From: Candidatus Latescibacterota bacterium
GTDB taxonomy: Bacteria; Latescibacterota; CBDEFO01
DNA: 64,000 bases
Direction of reading: 5' to 3'
Assembly (NCBI GenBank): GCA_965248755.1
Contig: OZ252149.1
Span: forward strand, 1,568,001-1,632,000
Part shown: positions 9,330-18,857 of the stretch, in pieces
Position numbering within the stretch: the first letter of the stretch is position 1
Layout of the letters: every line of letters begins with the position of its first letter
Translations under genes and position numbers: made by a program
Notes under the pieces: model-generated
What the model saw: the letters and a program-made list of their open reading frames with translations, nothing else
Databases searched by the model: none
Told to the model about the DNA's origin: nothing

Positions 9330-10193
9330 TTAAGCAACCTGGGGTAGTAGATAAAATTGTTTTCTCCACTCTTTTGGGGTCTTATATCCCAGGGATGAAT
9401 GAAGCCTGTTCTTGTTGTAATTATCGATCCACTGAGATATGATCTTCTCAGCCTGTTCAAAGGATTCAAACTTGTGAAGCCAAACACACTCTTGCTTGAG
9501 GGTCCTGAAAAAACGCTCTACAACACCGTTCCAATCGGGTTTACCACTTGGTATGTATTCCTGACGAATTCCCCAATATTCGGTACTGGCCAAATAGGCC
9601 CGAGCCAAAAAGATGGAACCATTGTCAGAGCGCAAAGTGAGACCCTGGGGGACAGCCTCCTTGGAAGTGTATCGAGAGATCACGGCCCGATCCAGGGCAT
9701 CTGTGGCCTCCAGTGCCCTCCCTTTTCGACTAAAACGATACCCAGGAACCTCCCGGCTTCCGTTGTCCACCACCGCAATAAGAGGACACCAACCATCTTT
9801 TCCACAGTAAATCTTTGTCAAGTCACTCGACCACAAACTGTCGGGACTATCCACCACAGAACGCTTCTGGGCAACCTGTGGCCCCTTTCTCCCGGGACGA
9901 TTCCACAGCTTACACTGCCACCCCTTAAGCTTCATTATCCTATGAACCTTCTTAACGTTGACACATTCCCCTTCCTTGAAACGAAGATGCGCCCAAACCC
10001 GCCTGTGACCAAATGCCTCTTCTTGGTCCAGTATCCCTCGAATACGAAAAGCAAGCTCCTCATCTATCACAGGCTCTTTAACAGAAGAACTGACACCTCT
10101 ATCCCTAAACCTATACAGAGTCGAACGATGCAAACCCAAAGCCAAAGCTACCACCTTGCGGGAATAGCCTCGACCCAAAAACCGCCCACTCAA
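9330..10193 (-). CDS. IS3-family transposase OrfB
   Basis: Identical protein to copy 1. Confidence 0.93.
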   Translation of the reverse strand: MSGRFLGRGYSRKVVALALGLHRSTLYRFRDRGVSSSVKEPVIDEELAFRIRGILDQEEAFGHRRVWAHLRFKEGECVNVKKVHRIMKLKGWQCKLWNRPGRKGPQVAQKRSVVDSPDSLWSSDLTKIYCGKDGWCPLIAVVDNGSREVPGYRFSRKGRALEATDALDRAVISRYTSKEAVPQGLTLRSDNGSIFLARAYLASTEYWGIRQEYIPSGKPDWNGVVERFFRTLKQECVWLHKFESFEQAEKIISQWIDNYNKNRLHSSLGYKTPKEWRKQFYLLPQVA

Positions 10194-10501
10194 GGCAACC
10201 GCTTCGTTTTTTTTAGACGGGCTACCTCTTCGAGTATCTCCAACTGGAGCGTCAACTGCCCTACCTTGCGCTCCAACCGGCTAACCTCTCGCTCCTTCGG
10301 ATCCTTGCGACCACGCCGAGACTTCAGACTCTCCTGGCCCCCTTCTAAGAAACTATCACGCCAAGCATACGCCTGCGACTGGCTAATTCCATTCTTACGA
10401 CACACCTCAGATAGATCTGCTCCTCTCAAAAGAGCCAACACAATCTCTCCCTTACGGGTCGCCGTCCAGCGCTTACCATCTTTCACTTCGGGGCTCGACA
10501 C
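10190..10501 (-). CDS. IS3-family transposase OrfA
   Basis: Identical protein to copy 1. Confidence 0.9.
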   Translation of the reverse strand: MSSPEVKDGKRWTATRKGEIVLALLRGADLSEVCRKNGISQSQAYAWRDSFLEGGQESLKSRRGRKDPKEREVSRLERKVGQLTLQLEILEEVARLKKTKRLP

Positions 10502-11394
10502 CTTGACCTCCCTTCTCAAACCCCAATTTGCGAAATATTTGTCGCTCTGTCAAGGGGAGCGGTATGTTGGGACGGCTACTCCAAAGAAATAAAAGTTAAA
10601 AAAACTGAATTTAGTAATCTAAAAAGTTATTTAGCTCCACAATCTGATAGTTTTATTTCATCTAATGGAGTTAATTTTTACAAGAAGAGGTTAGGGGAAG
10701 CTTTCTTAAAGTGCTTAAGAATTGCAGGAGTAACTGACGATGGAAGGGCATTCACAGAGAAAAAACTGCATAAATATATATCAGAAAAAAACTCGGATTT
10801 TTACCAGGATTTTAGGGTAAGGCTCGCCAATTGGTGTTTGAAGATACACAGGCAAGAAGAAGTTTTTGAAGAAATAAAACATTATCTAACCAATGAATTT
10901 AAGGAGTTTTTTAATTATCAGGTGAATGTTGAACTTACAATCTTTATAAATTCATCAGATTTGGAAGCGGATGATGAAGAAACCCATTCGAGCAATAACA
11001 TCTACAAATATTCTTCTGGAACAACTGATATCGACATAGAAGTTTCAACTATTCATGGTGTCAAAGGCGAAACCCATACGGCAACATGTTACCTTGAAAC
11101 TTTCTTTTATGACTATGACATTAAGCGAATAATAAATTATATAAAGGGAGAGCATACTAAGCCAAAAGAAAGAGTAATTCAAAATCTAAAAATGGCTTTT
11201 GTAGGGATGTCACGTCCATCTCGTCTCCTTTGCATTGCGGTTCATAAGGATAGTATTACCGGACAAGAAGAAGCACTGCAGAGAAGTGGTTGGGATGTTA
11301 ATAAGGAATTGTTAGCAGGTAGTAATAACTGAAACAAGAAGGCTATTTATAATCGAAGATAGGTGCGATAATCGAAGATGGGTGGTTGCCATAT

Positions 11395-11814
11395 CATACC
11401 GTTCCCCTTCACAGAACGACAGATATTCTGTAAATCGGGGTTCGCGAAGGGCAAGATGTCAGCGCCAGAGCAGAAGACGGCTAGCGCTGGACAACGGTTC
11501 GATCTTTCTTTCTAGATCCTATTTGGTAAGTACCGAATATTAGGGGTTTGTCAAGAATATGTTCCGAGCGGAAAGGCCGATTGGAACGGTGTTGTAGAGC
11601 GTTTTTTCAGGACCCTCAAGCAAGAGTGTGTTTGACTTCACAGCTTCGAATCCTTTGAGCAAGCTGAGAAGATCATATCTCAGTGGATCGATAATTACGA
11701 CAAGAACCGTCTTCATTCATCCCTGGGATACAAGACCCTGCAAGAATGGAGAAAACAATAATATCTGCTACCCCAAGTTGCTTAATCGGTGTCGCTTTCC
11801 AGGGGGGCAGTACA
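11395..11814 (+). mobile_element. 420-bp mini-IS, copy 4
   Basis: Same ends and body as the other copies. Confidence 0.9.
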
Positions 11815-12087
11815 CGCTATAGCAAGCAAGGTTGAAAAACTTTGTGTTTTCCGGCAGACAATAACGGGAAATGGCAGGCAAAATGAAATTACTCCTGTTA
11901 TCATTGTTTATGATGATTATACTATTCAGCAGGTATTAGATAAATTCGGTGAAATAATTATCAGAAATAATCTACATCAGAATGAGAAAAGGGTATTTAA
12001 AGCAGTTGGATGGCGTGGAAAACCGCATGACACAAAAAGAACTATACCAAGTTATTGGTGTACTGCTTCCCAGGAAAGCGACACCAA

Positions 12088-12951
12088 TTAAGCAACCTGG
12101 GGTAGTAGATAAAATTGTTTTCTCCACTCTTTTGGGGTCTTATATCCCAGGGATGAATGAAGCCTGTTCTTGTTGTAATTATCGATCCACTGAGATATGA
12201 TCTTCTCAGCCTGTTCAAAGGATTCAAACTTGTGAAGCCAAACACACTCTTGCTTGAGGGTCCTGAAAAAACGCTCTACAACACCGTTCCAATCGGGTTT
12301 ACCACTTGGTATGTATTCCTGACGAATTCCCCAATATTCGGTACTGGCCAAATAGGCCCGAGCCAAAAAGATGGAACCATTGTCAGAGCGCAAAGTGAGA
12401 CCCTGGGGGACAGCCTCCTTGGAAGTGTATCGAGAGATCACGGCCCGATCCAGGGCATCTGTGGCCTCCAGTGCCCTCCCTTTTCGACTAAAACGATACC
12501 CAGGAACCTCCCGGCTTCCGTTGTCCACCACCGCAATAAGAGGACACCAACCATCTTTTCCACAGTAAATCTTTGTCAAGTCACTCGACCACAAACTGTC
12601 GGGACTATCCACCACAGAACGCTTCTGGGCAACCTGTGGCCCCTTTCTCCCGGGACGATTCCACAGCTTACACTGCCACCCCTTAAGCTTCATTATCCTA
12701 TGAACCTTCTTAACGTTGACACATTCCCCTTCCTTGAAACGAAGATGCGCCCAAACCCGCCTGTGACCAAATGCCTCTTCTTGGTCCAGTATCCCTCGAA
12801 TACGAAAAGCAAGCTCCTCATCTATCACAGGCTCTTTAACAGAAGAACTGACACCTCTATCCCTAAACCTATACAGAGTCGAACGATGCAAACCCAAAGC
12901 CAAAGCTACCACCTTGCGGGAATAGCCTCGACCCAAAAACCGCCCACTCAA
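12088..12951 (-). CDS. IS3-family transposase OrfB
   Basis: Identical protein to copy 1. Confidence 0.93.
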   Translation of the reverse strand: MSGRFLGRGYSRKVVALALGLHRSTLYRFRDRGVSSSVKEPVIDEELAFRIRGILDQEEAFGHRRVWAHLRFKEGECVNVKKVHRIMKLKGWQCKLWNRPGRKGPQVAQKRSVVDSPDSLWSSDLTKIYCGKDGWCPLIAVVDNGSREVPGYRFSRKGRALEATDALDRAVISRYTSKEAVPQGLTLRSDNGSIFLARAYLASTEYWGIRQEYIPSGKPDWNGVVERFFRTLKQECVWLHKFESFEQAEKIISQWIDNYNKNRLHSSLGYKTPKEWRKQFYLLPQVA

Positions 12952-13259
12952 GGCAACCGCTTCGTTTTTTTTAGACGGGCTACCTCTTCGAGTATCTCCA
13001 ACTGGAGCGTCAACTGCCCTACCTTGCGCTCCAACCGGCTAACCTCTCGCTCCTTCGGATCCTTGCGACCACGCCGAGACTTCAGACTCTCCTGGCCCCC
13101 TTCTAAGAAACTATCACGCCAAGCATACGCCTGCGACTGGCTAATTCCATTCTTACGACACACCTCAGATAGATCTGCTCCTCTCAAAAGAGCCAACACA
13201 ATCTCTCCCTTACGGGTCGCCGTCCAGCGCTTACCATCTTTCACTTCGGGGCTCGACAC
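12948..13259 (-). CDS. IS3-family transposase OrfA
   Basis: Identical protein to copy 1. Confidence 0.9.
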   Translation of the reverse strand: MSSPEVKDGKRWTATRKGEIVLALLRGADLSEVCRKNGISQSQAYAWRDSFLEGGQESLKSRRGRKDPKEREVSRLERKVGQLTLQLEILEEVARLKKTKRLP

Positions 13260-14152
13260 CTTGACCTCCCTTCTCAAACCCCAATTTGCGAAATATTTGT
13301 CGCTCTGTCAAGGGGAGCGGTATGTTGGGACGGCTACTCCAAAGAAATAAAAGTTAAAAAAACTGAATTTAGTAATCTAAAAAGTTATTTAGCTCCACAA
13401 TCTGATAGTTTTATTTCATCTAATGGAGTTAATTTTTACAAGAAGAGGTTAGGGGAAGCTTTCTTAAAGTGCTTAAGAATTGCAGGAGTAACTGACGATG
13501 GAAGGGCATTCACAGAGAAAAAACTGCATAAATATATATCAGAAAAAAACTCGGATTTTTACCAGGATTTTAGGGTAAGGCTCGCCAATTGGTGTTTGAA
13601 GATACACAGGCAAGAAGAAGTTTTTGAAGAAATAAAACATTATCTAACCAATGAATTTAAGGAGTTTTTTAATTATCAGGTGAATGTTGAACTTACAATC
13701 TTTATAAATTCATCAGATTTGGAAGCGGATGATGAAGAAACCCATTCGAGCAATAACATCTACAAATATTCTTCTGGAACAACTGATATCGACATAGAAG
13801 TTTCAACTATTCATGGTGTCAAAGGCGAAACCCATACGGCAACATGTTACCTTGAAACTTTCTTTTATGACTATGACATTAAGCGAATAATAAATTATAT
13901 AAAGGGAGAGCATACTAAGCCAAAAGAAAGAGTAATTCAAAATCTAAAAATGGCTTTTGTAGGGATGTCACGTCCATCTCGTCTCCTTTGCATTGCGGTT
14001 CATAAGGATAGTATTACCGGACAAGAAGAAGCACTGCAGAGAAGTGGTTGGGATGTTAATAAGGAATTGTTAGCAGGTAGTAATAACTGAAACAAGAAGG
14101 CTATTTATAATCGAAGATAGGTGCGATAATCGAAGATGGGTGGTTGCCATAT

Positions 14153-14572
14153 CATACCGTTCCCCTTCACAGAACGACAGATATTCTGTAAATCAGGGTT
14201 CGCGAAGGGCAAGATGTCAGCGCCAGAGCAGAAGACGGCTAGCGCTGGACAACGGTTCGATCTTTCTTTCTAGATCCTATTTGGTAAGTACCGAATATTA
14301 GGGGTTTGTCAAGAATATGTTCCGAGCGGAAAGGCCGATTGGAACGGTGTTGTAGAGCGTTTTTTCAGGACCCTCAAGCAAGAGTGTGTTTGACTTCACA
14401 GCTTCGAATCCTTTGAGCAAGCTGAGAAGATCATATCTCAGTGGATCGATAATTACGACAAGAACCGTCTTCATTCATCCCTGGGATACAAGACCCTGCA
14501 AGAATGGAGAAAACAATAATATCTGCTACCCCAAGTTGCTTAATCGGTGTCGCTTTCCAGGGGGGCAGTACA
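14153..14572 (+). mobile_element. 420-bp mini-IS, copy 5 (right boundary of the composite)
   Basis: Followed by the CTTT target duplication. Confidence 0.9.
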
Positions 14573-14692
14573 CTTTATCCATTTTGAATCTTATAGGTTT
14601 CGGGTTTCATAAACACTTTCAGGACGCACCTGTCCCCGACTACATCACTGATAAGAGATCTGAATATATGTTTGGGTATATGTAGGGAGGCA

Positions 14693-14987
14693 CTAAGCAG
14701 AAAGCCGCCATAGGTAGGCTACCATGAGGCAGAGGATAATCCCCATTCCCACCGGCAGCAGCGATGAGACCGTAGTCCAATTGGCGCTCTTGGTCTCCTT
14801 ACCGTGGTAGCACATATACTGCACCAGATTCATGTCAGCAAGCTTTATGATCATTTTCATGGCCGAAGCTGCCGCCACCTGCATCCGCTCGGCGATCATG
14901 GACGGATTTGACCATGTCCACCGGATCCCTGCCCTGTTGAAGCTTGTAGATATCCTTCCGGAAGTCCTGTATCGTCTGGCTTCGCAT
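14693..14987 (-). pseudogene. Decayed DtxR/MntR HTH fused to an FeoB-like C-terminus (deletion scar)
   Basis: MRSQTIQDFRKDIYKLQ (frameshift) IAERMQVAAASAMKMIIKLADMNLV resembles the neighbouring MntR; KETKSANWT...LLPVGMGIILC resembles the FeoB end. Confidence 0.6.
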
Positions 14988-15019
14988 TTTAACTTTCTCC
15001 GGGGGCTTTATGTAGGATC

Positions 15020-15415
15020 TTATCGGGATGTGACAATGGTATCCGGGTTTCCGACCACGAATTTACCTTCCATTATTGGGTGCAGATAACAGGAATAGGT
15101 CAGAATCGTATCTTGCGGCGGCACTGAGAAGATGATGTCCTCACGCTCCCCGGGTCGAAGAATCTCCGTCTCCACATCGAGACCCTCTATTGCGAGATTG
15201 TGTTCAACGCCACGCGATTCATTGCGGAAGATCAATTTTACTTTCGAGCCGGGCTTCGCGTAAAGCGTCGGATTATTTCCACTGAAAACAAAGTTTTCCG
15301 CTACGACCTCGAGGATGGCATTCGGCCTATCCCGCATCCCCGCGACACCGACGAGTGTGATACCTATCAAAAGCAGAGCAAAAACGATTACCTGTGAAGT
15401 TCTTTGCCGAAACAT
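15020..15415 (-). CDS. Cupredoxin-domain secreted protein
   Basis: Signal peptide; HN...C-x2-H-x2-M type 1 copper ligands (EHNL, YSCYLHPIM). Confidence 0.85.
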   Translation of the reverse strand: MFRQRTSQVIVFALLLIGITLVGVAGMRDRPNAILEVVAENFVFSGNNPTLYAKPGSKVKLIFRNESRGVEHNLAIEGLDVETEILRPGEREDIIFSVPPQDTILTYSCYLHPIMEGKFVVGNPDTIVTSR

Positions 15416-15457
15416 CTCCTTTCCCTCCTTATTAGCGGTATCAAATCAAAAAAGGAT

Positions 15458-16705
15458 TCAGAACGTGACCAGAAGCCCTGTCGCGTACATAATCAAGAAG
15501 CCCACGAGCAAGCCGACGAAGTTGTGGGGCGTCAGCACATCCGCGTCTTCGGATTGGCGTGCCATCTGACGGAGGATGACGTAAGAGACCTGCACAATCG
15601 CCCCTGCTCCGATGCCAAGAAACAGCACAGACCAGACTGCCGAATAGGTAAAGCCGCCGATCCACGCGCCCAGAATCGTCGGCACACCCGCAAGAGCTCC
15701 CATCCAGATGAAGTTGGCAAAGGCGACCCGCTGTTTCGCAACCGGAGCCACGATGGCTAACCCCTCGGTCGTATTATGAACAGCAAATCCGACCACCAAT
15801 AGTCCTCCAAGTGAGATGTTGCCAAGCGCGTATGCCGAACCGATGGCAAGCCCCTCTCCTAAATTGTGTAAGCCGATCCCAAAGGCGATCATGTAGGCGA
15901 GTACCATCCGCTGGAATGTCTCACCGCGTTGCAACGCCTGAGTGCGCGACCATCGAGCAATAACCATCAGAAGCAGCAAGCAGCCTGAAAATCCGACCAC
16001 GACCAGCGCAACACCCTCGTAAGCCTCCGGCAATTCATCAGCGACTTCAAGGGCTTCGTGGAGCGCGTCCACTGCGAGAAAGACCAGCAATCCCACGGTC
16101 AAGCTCAGAAGGAAATTCAACCCCCGGGTGCTCACATTTCGCATGGCCGGAAACCAGAGCAGCCCCAAGAAAACGGGGATCACACCCACATAGACCCCTA
16201 AAAGGGAAAAGATGCCGAGATACCTCCAATTGGGACTTGGAGATTCCACGGCCACTTCAATCTCCTTGCTAAACGTCAGTCCTGTTGAGGTGAGGAGGGT
16301 GACTTCGTGTGTGTCGCCCTCCACCCAGGGATAAAACAGATGAATCTGCGCGCTCTCCAGGTGGTTAAGTGTTGCCTTTGGCCTGATCTCAAAGGGCCAA
16401 TAGGCTTCATCCACCATCACCTGCGCGACGGTCGTCTCACTGGGGCCATCGTTGAGGATGTGCAAAATGATCTCTTTATGGCGTTCTTGCGCCACGTCTT
16501 GGTCCCGGAGCACAATGCGCTGAAACGCGATCTTCTCCACGGGTGGGAAATGGGTACGCAAGGCTTTGCCAGGACCATGGACCTGCAGAATGACGATCAA
16601 AATACCCAGCAGGACAAGCGGCAAAAAGATGAAAACCCAGTGCGATAGACTTTTTTTTCCGTGATGTGATGTATCTTCGGATTCGGGATGAGGATCCGCG
16701 TTCAT
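15458..16705 (-). CDS. ZIP-family metal transporter with N-terminal extracytoplasmic domain
   Basis: GLHNLGEGLAIG and HNTTEGLAIV motifs; multiple TM helices. Confidence 0.9.
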   Translation of the reverse strand: MNADPHPESEDTSHHGKKSLSHWVFIFLPLVLLGILIVILQVHGPGKALRTHFPPVEKIAFQRIVLRDQDVAQERHKEIILHILNDGPSETTVAQVMVDEAYWPFEIRPKATLNHLESAQIHLFYPWVEGDTHEVTLLTSTGLTFSKEIEVAVESPSPNWRYLGIFSLLGVYVGVIPVFLGLLWFPAMRNVSTRGLNFLLSLTVGLLVFLAVDALHEALEVADELPEAYEGVALVVVGFSGCLLLLMVIARWSRTQALQRGETFQRMVLAYMIAFGIGLHNLGEGLAIGSAYALGNISLGGLLVVGFAVHNTTEGLAIVAPVAKQRVAFANFIWMGALAGVPTILGAWIGGFTYSAVWSVLFLGIGAGAIVQVSYVILRQMARQSEDADVLTPHNFVGLLVGFLIMYATGLLVTF

Positions 16706-16727
16706 TGCTTCTGACTCCTTGTACGTA

Positions 16728-17942
16728 TTATACTGCGCTTACTGCCTGAATGATACCCATCCAGCCCAGCTCGGCGAACTCGGACTGATGCGCATGGATC
16801 ATGTATTGCCCCGGATACCGGAGCGTGACTTCCAGAATCGCCCGTTCCCCCTGACACATCATAACCGTATCGGTGAACTCATCCGTGTGCAAACGCGTCC
16901 CCGTCCGATATACATCGAAAAACGCCGCGTGGAGATGGAACGAGTTAACCGGGTCAAATTCGGTGACATTAACCAGATACACGCGCACCAGCTCGCCAAC
17001 TTTGACCTGAATCGGATGATTCATGTAGTAAAAGGCAACGGTATTGGCCGCATAGACTTCGTTGTCGCCATCGAAGTTCGTATCGAAGCCGTTCATCGTT
17101 ATGATCAACTCTTGAGCGGGAGGTCTCGGTTCCCGTGGATCCACGATATAAACGCCGTACAAGCCTTTATGGATATGGCGTTTTAGCGGCAGCGAGTGGC
17201 AATGGTAGAGGTGGATTCCAACAGGATCGGCGTCAAATTCGATAAGAAATTCACCCCCCGGAGGGACAAACTGATCCGGAAAAGCCCCGTCCATCTCGGG
17301 GCGATGCCAGCCGTGAAAGTGAATGGTGTGCGGATGGGAACCCTGATTGCGGAAGAGAATGCGGATGTTGTCCCCTTCGGTGGCGCGAATGGTGGGACCC
17401 GGAACCTGCCCGTTATACGTCCACGCAGGAAAGAAGACACCGGGCGCAATTTCAATCTCTTTGTCCACTGCGATAAACTCATATTCCCTCAGGAGCGTCC
17501 CGTCGGGTCGAGGCGTTTCACGGTAGTAGTTCTGGCGTTCTTCAGAGGGCAAATCATTAAAGTTCCAGGCGGTCAAGTAGCGTGTCGGGTCGAAGTCACC
17601 CGCTTGAATCTCTCCGACGGTGCCCATACGATGGGCATGCAATTCCGCTTTTGGTTGTATTGCCCCCCGCTCCTCTGCTTGTGCAACAAGGCCGATGGAG
17701 GAAGGAATTCCACGGCCGAAGGCACGCCGCCCGCCGACCCACAATGCCCCAAGAAGGGCGGCTCCGCCTGCCAGCAGAAAACCTCGGCGCGAAGAACCGT
17801 GCGGTGATTCGGAGTGCGTTATTGCGGTCATCCAGCGAAGGAGCTGCCGAAGCCAGAAAAAACCGCGTCCAGGCCAGAATAGAAGTAGTCCAACCGCACC
17901 TAAAGCGATAATAACCAGTAAAACGTTGATTGGATTCATCAT
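16728..17942 (-). CDS. Two-domain multicopper oxidase, Tat-exported
   Basis: HTIHFHG, YHCH, FHLH, MIHAHQSEFAELGWM; internal SRRGFL signal. Confidence 0.88.
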   Translation of the reverse strand: MMNPINVLLVIIALGAVGLLLFWPGRGFFWLRQLLRWMTAITHSESPHGSSRRGFLLAGGAALLGALWVGGRRAFGRGIPSSIGLVAQAEERGAIQPKAELHAHRMGTVGEIQAGDFDPTRYLTAWNFNDLPSEERQNYYRETPRPDGTLLREYEFIAVDKEIEIAPGVFFPAWTYNGQVPGPTIRATEGDNIRILFRNQGSHPHTIHFHGWHRPEMDGAFPDQFVPPGGEFLIEFDADPVGIHLYHCHSLPLKRHIHKGLYGVYIVDPREPRPPAQELIITMNGFDTNFDGDNEVYAANTVAFYYMNHPIQVKVGELVRVYLVNVTEFDPVNSFHLHAAFFDVYRTGTRLHTDEFTDTVMMCQGERAILEVTLRYPGQYMIHAHQSEFAELGWMGIIQAVSAV

Positions 17943-18006
17943 AAAAACCTCATACGTGGGTAGACGTTACTCATGGCACATCCTCTTGCCTCTTGGCTGT
18001 CCAGTG

Positions 18007-18663
18007 TTAAGATGCTGCACCCACCAATATCTTATCTGCTAATTCCCTCCCTAACGTATGTCTGTCCGAACCGATCTGGATGAGGATAGGGCCGTTGAAA
18101 GGGAGCTTTTCGGTAACCGCGACGATGACTCCGGGGAAGATACCGAGGCTGGCCAGGTAACGAAGGATGTCAGGGTCCTGGTCGTTGATGCGCGAAATGG
18201 TGACGGTCTGCCCGGCATCTGAGTCTGAAAGACTCCCGTGATCTACTTCTTCGAGGAGACCCTCTTTTGTGGGTATGGGATCCCCGTGCGGGTCTGTCGT
18301 CGGGTGCCCTAAGGCTTCGTCAATCTTATCCTCAAATTCTTCGGAGATGACGTGTTCTAACTCCTCAGCCTCAGCATCCACCTGATCCCATGTGTAGCCC
18401 AAAGCTTCAGACAGATAGAGTTCCAAGAGCCTATGGTGCCGAATGACCTCTACAGCTATCTTCTCACCTGAGGGCGTAAGTTTAACCTCCCGATAGGGTG
18501 TATGGACGACTAATTTCATATCGGTCAGTTTGCCCAGCATACTGGTAACCGAAGCAGCAGATACGTTGGCATTTTCCGCAACGGCAGAGGTAGTTACCTT
18601 CCCAGCGTCCTTCTGCAATTTGTATATGATCTTCAGGTAGTCCTCAACAGATTGGCTCAGCAT
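18007..18663 (-). CDS. mntR: DtxR/MntR-family metal-dependent repressor with FeoA domain
   Basis: VEDYLKIIY, RHHRLLELYL, EAEELEH, DPHGDPIP, C-terminal FeoA. Confidence 0.9.
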   Translation of the reverse strand: MLSQSVEDYLKIIYKLQKDAGKVTTSAVAENANVSAASVTSMLGKLTDMKLVVHTPYREVKLTPSGEKIAVEVIRHHRLLELYLSEALGYTWDQVDAEAEELEHVISEEFEDKIDEALGHPTTDPHGDPIPTKEGLLEEVDHGSLSDSDAGQTVTISRINDQDPDILRYLASLGIFPGVIVAVTEKLPFNGPILIQIGSDRHTLGRELADKILVGAAS

Positions 18664-18686
18664 ATTTTAGTCCTTCAAATTAAAAA

Positions 18687-18770
18687 TTTAGGTATGCCTA
18701 TAAAATAATAAAGATACTAACCCTTGTCAAGTATTTAATCACAAAATTTTATATTTAGGTCTGTCTAAAT
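18687..18770 (-). promoter_or_regulatory. Sigma70 promoter flanked by two DtxR/MntR-like operators
   Basis: TTGACA(18730-18725)-17-TATTTT; palindromes TTTAGGTATGCCTATA (18687-18702) and ATTTAGGTCTGTCTAAAT (18753-18770). Confidence 0.75.
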
Positions 18771-18805
18771 TTATAAGTTGCTGATATAGAATAAGATCCG
18801 AAGAT

Positions 18806-18834
18806 AAAAAAGCCCGATCAAATGACCGGGCTTT
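18806..18834 (-). terminator. Rho-independent terminator after the CehA/McbA gene
   Basis: AAAGCCCG...CGGGCTTT stem with a U-tract on the minus strand. Confidence 0.7.
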
Positions 18835-18857
18835 GAAGTAAAGATTCTACCTGGAAC

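Larger units (their letters stand above)
9301..10566 (-). mobile_element. IS3-family IS, copy 3
   Basis: 1266 bp with TTGG target duplication (9297-9300, 10567-10570). Confidence 0.95.
8728..11332 (+). pseudogene. Helicase fragment interrupted by IS copy 3
   Basis: RLLRLKER...PSYW / IS / DGYSK...GSNN*. Confidence 0.85.
12059..13324 (-). mobile_element. IS3-family IS, copy 4
   Basis: 1266 bp, TTGG duplication, same site as copy 3 (segmental duplication). Confidence 0.95.
11815..14090 (+). pseudogene. Helicase fragment interrupted by IS copy 4
   Basis: Part of the tandem duplication of 9057-11814. Confidence 0.85.
2111..14572 (+). mobile_element. Composite transposon (IS left end to mini-element right end) with internally rearranged helicase cargo
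   Basis: CTTT at 2107-2110 and 14573-14576; removing the interval rejoins the methyltransferase as MDKATEHL. Confidence 0.9.

Noticed and set aside
4027..14572. Mini-IS/helicase alternation as a CRISPR- or integron-like acquisition array
   Set aside because: The intervening pieces are nested fragments of one gene with a common 3' end; no cas or integrase genes and no attC sites
2111..14572. Whole cluster as a pure assembly artefact
   Set aside because: Breakpoints fall exactly on element termini, the outer CTTT duplication rejoins a gene, and copies differ by a SNP. Not fully excluded without reads.
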